Shown one piece after another: positions 27,900-38,507 of a DNA stretch of 45,255 nucleotides. The number at the start of each line of letters is the position of its first letter. Within the stretch, counting starts at the first letter, position 1. The stretch is from Bacilli bacterium (GTDB taxonomy: Bacteria; Bacillota_I; Bacilli_A; RFN20; CAG-826), in assembly GCA_034116505.1 (NCBI GenBank), contig JAXERM010000012.1:1-45255 (forward strand), written 5' to 3'. The notes under the pieces are model-generated. The model saw only the letters and a program-made list of their open reading frames with translations, did not search any database and was not told the origin of the DNA. Both the position numbers and the translations under genes were made by a program.

Positions 27900-29273
27900 A
27901 TGATTAGCAAATTGACAAGCAAAAACATCGAAACTATTTCTTTAGATTTGAAACAGAAAATTGTTCATAATCATATCGCAAATATCTCAATTATTAATTC
28001 AACCGATCTATTATGCACTTTTTCTTTATGTCGAAAAGAAAGATTGATCATCTCTTTATCACACCAAAATCCTTTTATTGCTTTAGTGGATATTTTAATT
28101 AATGTGCCAACGACTTTAGGACAATTTAATGACGTGATAAGAAAAGAAGTGAAAGACGGTTTTATTTTAGATGTGAACGCGATTAAAGATGATCGCATAA
28201 TCAATATTGATTATGAGATAACCGACGATTATTTTATTAAACATCGTCGTACTTTAGTATTAGAGTTAATACCTCATCGCCCTAATTTAATGATTTTAGA
28301 TGAGAATCAAAATATTATATACGCTTCGCATTATTCTTCTTTGACCGCTAATCGAATTGTGCTAAAGGGTTTTAAATATCAGCCTCTTCCGATCAATAAT
28401 AAAAAGATAGAAGATGATGATTTTGATTATCTTCAATTTAAACAAGAAGTTAAAGATTATTTTTATCAAGCAAAAACAAAGCGTTTAGAAGAACAATTCA
28501 AACCTTTGATTACGAGCATGAAAATTCGGATCAAATCATTAAAACAGAAATTAAATAAATTAGATAAGGAAAATGAATTAGCTGAGCAAAGATTTATTTA
28601 TAAAGAAATCGCCGACACCTTATTAGCGTACCAATATGATAAAGATTTATTATTAGAATACATCAAAGAAAAAGATATTAAATATGACCAATCAATCTCA
28701 ATTGGTAATAACGCTAATTATTATTATAAATGGTATAAAAAAGCAAAAAGAACATTGCAAATGAATGAAATAGAAAGACAAAAGAGTCTTTTTGAAATCG
28801 CTAAATATGAGGATTTGTTAAATAAAATTCCTTATATGAATGAAGATGACTTACTAGAATTAAGCGAAGAACTAATGGTGAAGAAACTTTTATCTAATAA
28901 GAAAAAGAAAAAGGTCAACAATATCAGTTTTATACAAATAGATAACACTAAAATCTATTATGGCAAAAACGCAAAACAAAATAATGAAATCACTTTCTCT
29001 ATCGCTCATAAAGATGATTATTATTTCCATATCAAAGATTATCATGGATCACATGTTGTTATTAAAAATAACAATCCTAATGATGAACTAAAATTAATCG
29101 CAGCAGAAATCGCCCTATTATTAAGCGGAAAGGAAAGCGGAGAAGTATTGTTTACGCAAAATAAATATGTGAAAAAAGGCTCCAGTTTAGGTGAAGCCAT
29201 TTTACAAAAATATCAATCTATTTATATTAATAAGATAAGAGAAGAAACAAAGAAAAAACTAATCGCTAATTAG
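27900..29273 (+). CDS. rqcH: RqcH / FbpA-family (NFACT) ribosome quality-control protein, short form
   Basis: The N-terminal NFACT-N domain retains the DR motif (AIKDDRIINIDYE). A central coiled coil is present. The C-terminal NFACT-R/DUF814 domain has YYFHIKDYHGSHVVIK. I prefer the ATG at 27900 over the TTG at 27840. The product is 457 aa, against about 570 aa in B. subtilis. Confidence 0.85.
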   Translation: MISKLTSKNIETISLDLKQKIVHNHIANISIINSTDLLCTFSLCRKERLIISLSHQNPFIALVDILINVPTTLGQFNDVIRKEVKDGFILDVNAIKDDRIINIDYEITDDYFIKHRRTLVLELIPHRPNLMILDENQNIIYASHYSSLTANRIVLKGFKYQPLPINNKKIEDDDFDYLQFKQEVKDYFYQAKTKRLEEQFKPLITSMKIRIKSLKQKLNKLDKENELAEQRFIYKEIADTLLAYQYDKDLLLEYIKEKDIKYDQSISIGNNANYYYKWYKKAKRTLQMNEIERQKSLFEIAKYEDLLNKIPYMNEDDLLELSEELMVKKLLSNKKKKKVNNISFIQIDNTKIYYGKNAKQNNEITFSIAHKDDYYFHIKDYHGSHVVIKNNNPNDELKLIAAEIALLLSGKESGEVLFTQNKYVKKGSSLGEAILQKYQSIYINKIREETKKKLIAN

Positions 29274-29730
29274 GATTAGATACTTCGACATAGCGGTCTA
29301 AATATTTAATTGTGTTGCTGTCATTAGCTTTAAAAGCGACACTTCCTTGCATAAAGAAATAAGTGGTTGGAACAATATCCTGGTCTTGCCAAACATAATA
29401 TCCTTCTGTCGCATCCAAAACATAATGTTTATTACTTTCAGTAATTGAAGAAATCGGTAAATAATATATTTTTGCGTGATAATATTTAGCCCACGCTTCC
29501 ATTGAATTTTTCAAAGATAGACATGCTTCACACCCACTATCGCCGAATAAATAAATTGAATCAATGCGATCGATAAAAGCATGATTATATAAAAATTCAG
29601 GATCAATCGTGACAAAACCACCATTTTCCGCATATTCAATCTTCATCTTTTCCCCGGTATAAGAAGAATTTTGATTATTGCATCCAATTAATAATGGGAT
29701 AAAAAATAATAAATATATTTTTCTTTTCAT
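29266..29730 (-). CDS. Thioredoxin-fold lipoprotein (CxxC = CEAC)
   Basis: A lipobox signal peptide, MKRKIYLLFFIPLLIGC, is followed by IYLFGDSGCEACLSLKNSMEAW in a Trx-like beta-alpha context. Confidence 0.7.
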   Translation of the reverse strand: MKRKIYLLFFIPLLIGCNNQNSSYTGEKMKIEYAENGGFVTIDPEFLYNHAFIDRIDSIYLFGDSGCEACLSLKNSMEAWAKYYHAKIYYLPISSITESNKHYVLDATEGYYVWQDQDIVPTTYFFMQGSVAFKANDSNTIKYLDRYVEVSNPN

Positions 29731-30248
29731 TTTATTTCATCCTTAAATAAGAAATCTTCACCCTTGATCGCTTCAGAAGTCGCTAAATCATGAAAATTCT
29801 GTTGTCTTAATATCTCATAAGCAACAATTGCGACGCAGTTTGATAAATTTAAACTTCTTGCTTCAGGCACCATTGGAAGACGCATCGTATTTTCATAATG
29901 ATTAACTAAAATATCGTGCGGGATACCAGTCGATTCTCTTCCAAACATCACATAATAATCTTTGTTAATTTTAGAAAAATCAAATGTGCTATATACTTTC
30001 GTAGAATAGCGGGTGACATAATAAATATCATGATGAGAATGACTTTTTAAAAATGTTTCATAATCGTCATAATAAAACATCTTCAATTCTTCAATATAAT
30101 CCATGCCCACTCTTTTTAGATCTTTTGTGTCCAAAGAAAAAGTGATTGGCCCAATAATATGTAATGTAGCGTGAATGGCTACACATGTTCGCATAATATT
30201 GCCTGTATTTTGTGGTTTTTCAGGACGAAATAAGACAATATGAATCAT
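29727..30248 (-). CDS. trmL: SpoU/TrmH-family tRNA (cytidine/uridine34-2'-O)-methyltransferase TrmL (CspR/YibK type)
   Basis: It begins MIHIVLFRPEKPQNTGNIMRTC and has GRESTGIP and SLNLSNCVAIVAYE knot motifs. It is 173 aa. Confidence 0.88.
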   Translation of the reverse strand: MIHIVLFRPEKPQNTGNIMRTCVAIHATLHIIGPITFSLDTKDLKRVGMDYIEELKMFYYDDYETFLKSHSHHDIYYVTRYSTKVYSTFDFSKINKDYYVMFGRESTGIPHDILVNHYENTMRLPMVPEARSLNLSNCVAIVAYEILRQQNFHDLATSEAIKGEDFLFKDEIK

Positions 30249-30250
30249 GA

Positions 30251-30814
30251 TTAATAGCCTCTAGCTTTACGTTCAGCAATAATTTTTGGTTCAATATTTC
30301 TTTTATATGAAGCGATGCTTTCTTTAATAACTTCAATCGCTTTTTCTCTACCTAAAATCTCATCGACATCAGTAGATTTATCTTCTAAAGATTTATAGAC
30401 AGTAAAGAAGTGACGAATTTCCACCATCACATGATCAGGGATGTCGCTAATATCTTTAAAATCTTTATAGAAAGGATCATCAACACAAACCGCAATGATC
30501 TTCTCATCTGGTAAACCGTTATCAGACATAATTAATACACCGATTGGTGCGCATCTGACAAAACTCATAGGAAGAATTGTTTCGCTGCAAAGAACCAAAA
30601 CATCTAATGGGTCGTAGTCTCGAGCGTATGTACGAGGAATAAAACCATAATTTTGTGGATAATGGGTAGAAGTAAATAAAACACGGTCCAAGATTAAATG
30701 ACCAGTTTCCTTATCTAATTCATATTTGTTTTTACTACCTTTTGATATTTCAATTAAAGAAATAAAATTATCTGGTTGAATACGTAAAGGTTTGACATCA
30801 TGCCAAGCGTGCAT
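30251..30814 (-). CDS. ppa: Family I soluble inorganic pyrophosphatase
   Basis: It contains KYELDKETG, YPQNYGFIP, DYDPLDVLVL and DEKIIAV. I prefer the ATG at 30814, which has a perfect AGGAGG 8 nt upstream, over the ORF-track start at 30853. Confidence 0.93.
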   Translation of the reverse strand: MHAWHDVKPLRIQPDNFISLIEISKGSKNKYELDKETGHLILDRVLFTSTHYPQNYGFIPRTYARDYDPLDVLVLCSETILPMSFVRCAPIGVLIMSDNGLPDEKIIAVCVDDPFYKDFKDISDIPDHVMVEIRHFFTVYKSLEDKSTDVDEILGREKAIEVIKESIASYKRNIEPKIIAERKARGY

Positions 30815-31035
30815 ATAATAATTCCTCCTAAATTGGTAATAATATCTTATCACACCAAGCGAATTACTTCACATTATTTAAGTTCATGCTTTAATTGAAA
30901 AATTAAATAATGCAATTTTGACGCTAAATTGTTATCTATTTTTAATATCCATGTTTAATAATTAACTTATTCACTTATTCACTTAGAAAATATGATTAAT
31001 TTCAATAATTAATAACAATCGAGATATCAAAAGTA

Positions 31036-31044
31036 TGATATTAT
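31036..31044 (+). promoter_or_regulatory. Extended -10 element (TGaTATTAT) upstream of the 31057 lipoprotein gene, implying a very short leader
   Basis: This is the same TGATATTAT sequence as in the rpmB promoter. It ends 12 nt before the ATG at 31057, and there is no SD between them. Confidence 0.4.
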
Positions 31045-31056
31045 ATTCTCATCTAT

Positions 31057-31845
31057 ATGAAAAAAATTGCCAAAATCTCATTCTTATTAGCGTTATTACC
31101 TTCGTTAAGTGCGTGTCAAGATGTCAAACATTCAATATACGCGATTAATGTTCAAGGTGATTTTATGGTGAACTTAACAGTCACACAATTGCTCAATTTA
31201 TTAGAAAATCAAGCAACTTTTATGTTAGAAGTTTATTCTCCTCAATGCGGTCATTGTGAAGACATGGAAGTTTTACTAAATAATTATGTTAAGAAAAAAC
31301 ATAAATTACTCTATCGTTTTAATTTAACGCAGATTCCAACTATTGAAGAATTTAATGAAAAATTATCTATTCCGTATAATGATATTTTTCCTAATTCATT
31401 TGTGCCTTCCTTACAATTTATTAAAGAGAGTAAATTAACCTATTCTGTATCTCCAAATAAATTTGATTCATATACGGGAGTGTCTAATGAATTATCAAAA
31501 CATTTCATCAACACAAAGATGACAATGGTGCAAGATTATCAACAATATGAACATTATAAAAACGAATATAACAATTATGTTATTGCTTCTTATTCGTTAG
31601 ATGATCCTCGTAGTGTTAATCTCATTCATCGTACTTTATTAAACAATTCTTCTTTAAACAAAAAAATGAATATTTTAATTGTTAATCAGTCGTTATTTTC
31701 TGATGAAGATTTCAGTTCTATTAAGCAAGAAATGAATGTTCAATATGACACTTTTACGGCAATTTATCAAAATAACACATATAAAAACGCCTCCAATTAT
31801 CTTTTAGATGAAGGCGCTTCTATTTTAAATAATATTAATAATTAA
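31057..31845 (+). CDS. Lipoprotein with an N-terminal thioredoxin/PDI-like domain (CGHC) and a C-terminal domain of unknown function
   Basis: The lipobox is MKKIAKISFLLALLPSLSAC. The motif FMLEVYSPQCGHCEDME matches the classical Trx/PDI xxCGHC context. The protein is 262 aa. Confidence 0.7.
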   Translation: MKKIAKISFLLALLPSLSACQDVKHSIYAINVQGDFMVNLTVTQLLNLLENQATFMLEVYSPQCGHCEDMEVLLNNYVKKKHKLLYRFNLTQIPTIEEFNEKLSIPYNDIFPNSFVPSLQFIKESKLTYSVSPNKFDSYTGVSNELSKHFINTKMTMVQDYQQYEHYKNEYNNYVIASYSLDDPRSVNLIHRTLLNNSSLNKKMNILIVNQSLFSDEDFSSIKQEMNVQYDTFTAIYQNNTYKNASNYLLDEGASILNNINN

Positions 31846-32255
31846 TGATTTTCTTCTTTTAAGTTAATGCGATTTAAGGCTCTTTTTAATGAGGCTTCAG
31901 CTCGATAAATATCAATCGAAGAATCATTCTTAGCTAGATTAATTCTCTCTAACGCTCTATTTTTACTATTTAAAGCGCGAGATAAATCAATCTCATCGAT
32001 ACTTTCGCAAGAATTAACCACTAAGGTTACGACATTATCCTTGATTTTAATTAACCCACCACCGACAGCGAATTTTCTATTTCCGGTTGATGTTTTAATG
32101 AGCATTGAGCAAATCTTAATGCTGGAAATTAAATCAGCGTGATTTTTTAAAATGCCTAATGTATATTCTTCCGAAGCAATACTTAAAAACGAAACTTCCG
32201 TTTCTAAATATTTACCATAAGGAGTGAGGACAATTAAAAGAAATTCGTCTTTCAT
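31842..32255 (-). CDS. atpC: F1 ATP synthase epsilon subunit
   Basis: The 137-aa protein is last in the atp operon and has a beta-sandwich plus helical hairpin pattern (VTPYG-like TPYGKYL). Confidence 0.9.
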   Translation of the reverse strand: MKDEFLLIVLTPYGKYLETEVSFLSIASEEYTLGILKNHADLISSIKICSMLIKTSTGNRKFAVGGGLIKIKDNVVTLVVNSCESIDEIDLSRALNSKNRALERINLAKNDSSIDIYRAEASLKRALNRINLKEENH

Positions 32256-32256
32256 A

Positions 32257-34523
<2,267 letters not shown>

Positions 34524-34528
34524 AAATG

Positions 34529-36040
34529 TTATTCACTCTTAATAACTGCAAAGAAATCTTTACTAATTGTGTCTAATTTCTTTTCTAATTCATTAGATAA
34601 AACTTTTTCTTTGTTAATTTGATTAACTACATCAGCGTGATTATTAACAAAATAATCGTATGCACGGTCTAATATTGCACGAACATCACTAACAGCGAAT
34701 TCATCTAGATAACGATTTTTAGCGATGAATAATTCAATAATTTCTCTCGCTAATGAACGTGGTTCATATTGTGGTTGACGGAGAACTTGTAATAAAACTT
34801 CACCGTGTTTAAGAATTGATAAAGTGGTTTTATCTAAATCACTACCAAATTGCGAGAATGATTTCATTTCTTGGAAGTTCGCTAAATCAATTTTTAACCC
34901 CCGAGATACTTGTTTCATCGCTTTAAATTGTGCGTCACCACCAACACGAGAAACAGATAGACCACTATCGATTGCCGGTCTTTGACCAGCATTAAATAGA
35001 TCAGTCACTAAGAAAATTTGTCCATCGGTAATCGAGATGACATTAGTTGGAATATAACTTGAAATATCCCCAGATTGCGTTTCAACGATAGGTAAGGCGG
35101 TAATTGAACCACCACCATATTCTTTTGATAATTTACACGCTCTTTCTAATAAACGGGAATGTAAATAGAAAACATCGCCAGGATAAGCTTCTCTACCAGG
35201 AGATCTTTTTAATAATAATGATAAAGCACGATAACTAACCGCATGTTTGCTTAAATCGTCATAGACGATTAAAACATCTTTACCTTGGCTCATCCATTCT
35301 TCCGCCACTGCACATCCAGCATATGGGGCAACATATAATAATGGTGCCGGTTCACTTGCGGTCGCAGCCATCACCATTGTGTAATCCATCGCACCGTGGT
35401 TTCTTAATTTTTCAACAATTTGAGCAACAGTAGAACTCTTTTGTCCAATCGCGACATAAATACATAAAACATCTTTACCTTTTTGGTTAATAATTGTGTC
35501 AATTGCTATCGCGGTTTTTCCAGTTTGACGATCGCCGATAATAAGTTCACGTTGACCACGGCCAATCGGTGTCATCGCATCGATTGCTGTAATACCAGTT
35601 TCTAAAGGAGTATCAACACTTTTACGAGTAATAACGCCAGGAGCGATTCTTTCAATTGGACGGGTTTTAGTTGTTTGAATTGGTCCTTTACCATCAATTG
35701 GTTGACCTAATGCATTAACAACACGGCCAAGCATTTCATCCCCTACAGGAACTTCCATAACTTGTTTAGTTCTTTTAACGATATCGCCTTCTTTGATTAA
35801 AGAATCGTCACCTAATAAAACAGCCCCGACATGGTCGGTTTCTAGATTCATGACTAAACCATAAATATCATTTGGGAACAATAATAATTCACCAAGCATC
35901 GCATCATCTAAACCATAAATAATGGCGATACCATCACCGACAGTCACAACTGTGCCGACATCGACAGAATCGACTTTATGATGATAATTTTTGATTTGCT
36001 GTTTAATTAAAGCACTAATTTCGTTCGCGTTAATTTTCAT
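34529..36040 (-). CDS. atpA: F1 ATP synthase alpha subunit
   Basis: It contains GDRQTGKTA (Walker A) and is 503 aa, a canonical alpha subunit sequence. Confidence 0.99.
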   Translation of the reverse strand: MKINANEISALIKQQIKNYHHKVDSVDVGTVVTVGDGIAIIYGLDDAMLGELLLFPNDIYGLVMNLETDHVGAVLLGDDSLIKEGDIVKRTKQVMEVPVGDEMLGRVVNALGQPIDGKGPIQTTKTRPIERIAPGVITRKSVDTPLETGITAIDAMTPIGRGQRELIIGDRQTGKTAIAIDTIINQKGKDVLCIYVAIGQKSSTVAQIVEKLRNHGAMDYTMVMAATASEPAPLLYVAPYAGCAVAEEWMSQGKDVLIVYDDLSKHAVSYRALSLLLKRSPGREAYPGDVFYLHSRLLERACKLSKEYGGGSITALPIVETQSGDISSYIPTNVISITDGQIFLVTDLFNAGQRPAIDSGLSVSRVGGDAQFKAMKQVSRGLKIDLANFQEMKSFSQFGSDLDKTTLSILKHGEVLLQVLRQPQYEPRSLAREIIELFIAKNRYLDEFAVSDVRAILDRAYDYFVNNHADVVNQINKEKVLSNELEKKLDTISKDFFAVIKSE

Positions 36041-36041
36041 A

Positions 36042-36581
36042 TCAATTTGCCTCCTTTTTCAAAAGGTCGTTTTTCATGTTTTCTATTTTGTTTTTAATCG
36101 AACCATCATAAATATGATCATGAATGACAATTTTTACCCCACCGATTAAAGAAGGGTCGATTTGATTCTTGAGTTCGACTTTTTTGTTTTCAATTGAAGA
36201 TATCTTTTGTTCGATTTGTTCAATTGTTTGTTCATCTAATTTAAAGGCACTATAGATGTAGCCCTCGTCTACGCCAAAATATTCATTACAGTAAGAATTA
36301 AAACTATAAAGAATATCGAGCAAATAATTTGTGCGATTATTCTCGATCACAATATTGATTAATGAAATGATGTTTTCATCTAATCCTTTTAATGTTTGAT
36401 TGACCATCTCAATTCTTTCTTCTTTTGTTAGAAATGAGCTACCAAGGACATTAATAAATTCACTGTTTTCTTTTAAAACAGCGATCAATATTTTTATTTC
36501 TTCTTGCAAAGAAGATATTTTATTTTCTTCTTTTGCAATTGAGAATAAAGCTAAACCATAACGAGCACTGACATCGTTCAT
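36042..36581 (-). CDS. atpH: F1 ATP synthase delta (OSCP) subunit
   Basis: The 179-aa protein begins [11 protein letters not shown] and sits between atpF and atpA. Confidence 0.9.
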   Translation of the reverse strand: MNDVSARYGLALFSIAKEENKISSLQEEIKILIAVLKENSEFINVLGSSFLTKEERIEMVNQTLKGLDENIISLINIVIENNRTNYLLDILYSFNSYCNEYFGVDEGYIYSAFKLDEQTIEQIEQKISSIENKKVELKNQIDPSLIGGVKIVIHDHIYDGSIKNKIENMKNDLLKKEAN

Positions 36582-36584
36582 AAT

Positions 36585-37121
36585 TTATTTCATATCCTTG
36601 ATAAAGTCTTCAATCACGCGTTTGTTATCTTCTTCGTTAACTTCGCGTTTTAAAATTTCATTACTAGCATCTAATGCCACGCCGACAATTTCTTTTCTAA
36701 TATCTTCTAAAGCTTCTAAACGACTTTGTTCGATATCTTTTTCTGCTTGGATTTTTAATAAACGAATCTGTTCTTTGGATTCATTAATTTCCTTCGCAGC
36801 AATATTTTGTGCTTCTCTTTTGGCATTAGAAATAATTTCACTAGCTTCTTTTTTGCTAGCGATTACTAATTCATTTGCTTGTTTGATATTTTTCTCAGAG
36901 AGAATCTTGTTTGCTTCTGCTTCTTTGATGTTATTGACGACATAATCTTGTCTTTTCTTTAACATTTTTTTCACTGGTTTATAAGCAACAAAGAAGATTA
37001 CTAAAATCATGATGACTAGCGCAGCAACTTGAACAACAAAAGATATCCAGTTAGGAATCAATTTATGCCCAACATCTTCTACAATTGAAGAAAAATCAAT
37101 CAAGATTGATAGACCTATCAT
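36585..37121 (-). CDS. atpF: Fo ATP synthase b subunit
   Basis: It has a single N-terminal TM helix followed by a long charged coiled coil, and its operon position fits. Confidence 0.9.
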   Translation of the reverse strand: MIGLSILIDFSSIVEDVGHKLIPNWISFVVQVAALVIMILVIFFVAYKPVKKMLKKRQDYVVNNIKEAEANKILSEKNIKQANELVIASKKEASEIISNAKREAQNIAAKEINESKEQIRLLKIQAEKDIEQSRLEALEDIRKEIVGVALDASNEILKREVNEEDNKRVIEDFIKDMK

Positions 37122-37136
37122 GAAAAGTTAACCTCC

Positions 37137-37349
37137 TTATCCAATAAATAAACACAAAATAGCAATTAATAATGCATAAATAGCGGTTGTTTCTGTTAAT
37201 GCGCAACCTAAAATCATTGTAGTTCTAATCTTGCTATAAAGTTCAGGATTGCGAGAAATTCCATCGATTGCATGACAGCAGATTAAACCTTCACCGATTG
37301 CACTTGCCGCAACAGAGAGCATTGTAATACCAGCAGCTAAATAATTCAT
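37137..37349 (-). CDS. atpE: Fo ATP synthase c subunit (Na+-type ion-site signature)
   Basis: The 70-aa helical hairpin has the loop RNPE. Helix 2 reads LTETTAIYALL and helix 1 reads AIGEG. Confidence 0.95.
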   Translation of the reverse strand: MNYLAAGITMLSVAASAIGEGLICCHAIDGISRNPELYSKIRTTMILGCALTETTAIYALLIAILCLFIG

Positions 37350-37364
37350 AACATTCTCCTTTCT

Positions 37365-38108
37365 TTAGTCTTCAACAAAATCTTCTGGTGCTTCTTGACC
37401 AACATAAATCATCGTCAAAGAAATAAAGACGGTTGTTTGGATAAAAGCACCCCATAAATCAAAATATAAATGTAAAATCCATGTCACTAATGGAGCGAGG
37501 AACACTTGATTCCATTGACCAATAATCGGTTCTAAAGAAGCAAAAACCATACCGGATAATTCTTCTAGACCTAAATAGAGGATGGACATAATAACAGTAC
37601 CCGCGATTGCATTACCAAATAGACGTAACGCCATACTTAATAATGGGGCCCACATGGATATTAAATTGATTGGTAAAAATAAAGGTAATGGATCGATATA
37701 ACGTTTAAAATATTTCCATTTTGTGAAGCGAATACTCGTCGCGTGAATCATCACAAAGGAAGATAAACCTAAAGATAAAGGAACAGCCAAATAAGCAATT
37801 GGACTAGGTAAACCAGTTAAGCCAAAGATAAAAGAGATGAAAAGATATAAGGCGATGCCCATGATATATCCACCGAAATCTTTGAATTGTTTGCCCATTA
37901 ATCCACTAGCCATGTTATCGAAGAATTCGACACCAAATTCCGCTAAGAAAAGGATACCTTTAGGCTTTTTTAATGGATCTTGAAAATGAGCGCGAATCCC
38001 AACATATATCGCTAAAATGCACAATATTAAAACCACAATTAGCGAAGATATTACTTCGGGCGCTAAATCGAATTCTAGAAATTGTTGTACAATATCAATA
38101 AATAACAT
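37365..38108 (-). CDS. atpB: Fo ATP synthase a subunit
   Basis: This polytopic membrane protein has the conserved Arg region LSMALRLFGNAIAG. I prefer the ATG at 38108, which has GAAGGT upstream, over the TTG at 38132. Confidence 0.93.
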   Translation of the reverse strand: MLFIDIVQQFLEFDLAPEVISSLIVVLILCILAIYVGIRAHFQDPLKKPKGILFLAEFGVEFFDNMASGLMGKQFKDFGGYIMGIALYLFISFIFGLTGLPSPIAYLAVPLSLGLSSFVMIHATSIRFTKWKYFKRYIDPLPLFLPINLISMWAPLLSMALRLFGNAIAGTVIMSILYLGLEELSGMVFASLEPIIGQWNQVFLAPLVTWILHLYFDLWGAFIQTTVFISLTMIYVGQEAPEDFVED

Positions 38109-38505
38109 TTTTACCTTCAATAAATGAGACAATAATAGTGATAAATAAACCGATCATATATCCACCCGCTAAAGCGAATAAATTAAATATATGAATGCGG
38201 TAATGATAATATAATAATCCGTTTGCCACTAATGTAAATACAATAATTGATAAACGAATTGCGATAATAATAATTTCATTAAAAGCGGACGACTTCTTTA
38301 AAGAAAGACTCCGCCTATTTTGAATTATATTTATTATAAATATAATCAAAGTGTAAATTCCTAATCCTAATAAAACACCTAATGGATATTCAAATAATTG
38401 CAAGAAATATAAAGGACTTGTTAATAAACCAATCGCTAATAAAGTGATAGAGCAAATTAGGCTAATTTTTCCATATGTGTTAAGACTAGAAAACCACTTT
38501 TTCAT
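38095..38505 (-). CDS. atpI: AtpI-like small membrane protein preceding the atp structural genes
   Basis: The 136-aa protein has four hydrophobic helices and lies immediately upstream of atpB. It has no catalytic motifs, so the assignment is by position and topology. Confidence 0.65.
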   Translation of the reverse strand: MKKWFSSLNTYGKISLICSITLLAIGLLTSPLYFLQLFEYPLGVLLGLGIYTLIIFIINIIQNRRSLSLKKSSAFNEIIIIAIRLSIIVFTLVANGLLYYHYRIHIFNLFALAGGYMIGLFITIIVSFIEGKNVIY

Positions 38506-38507
38506 TA

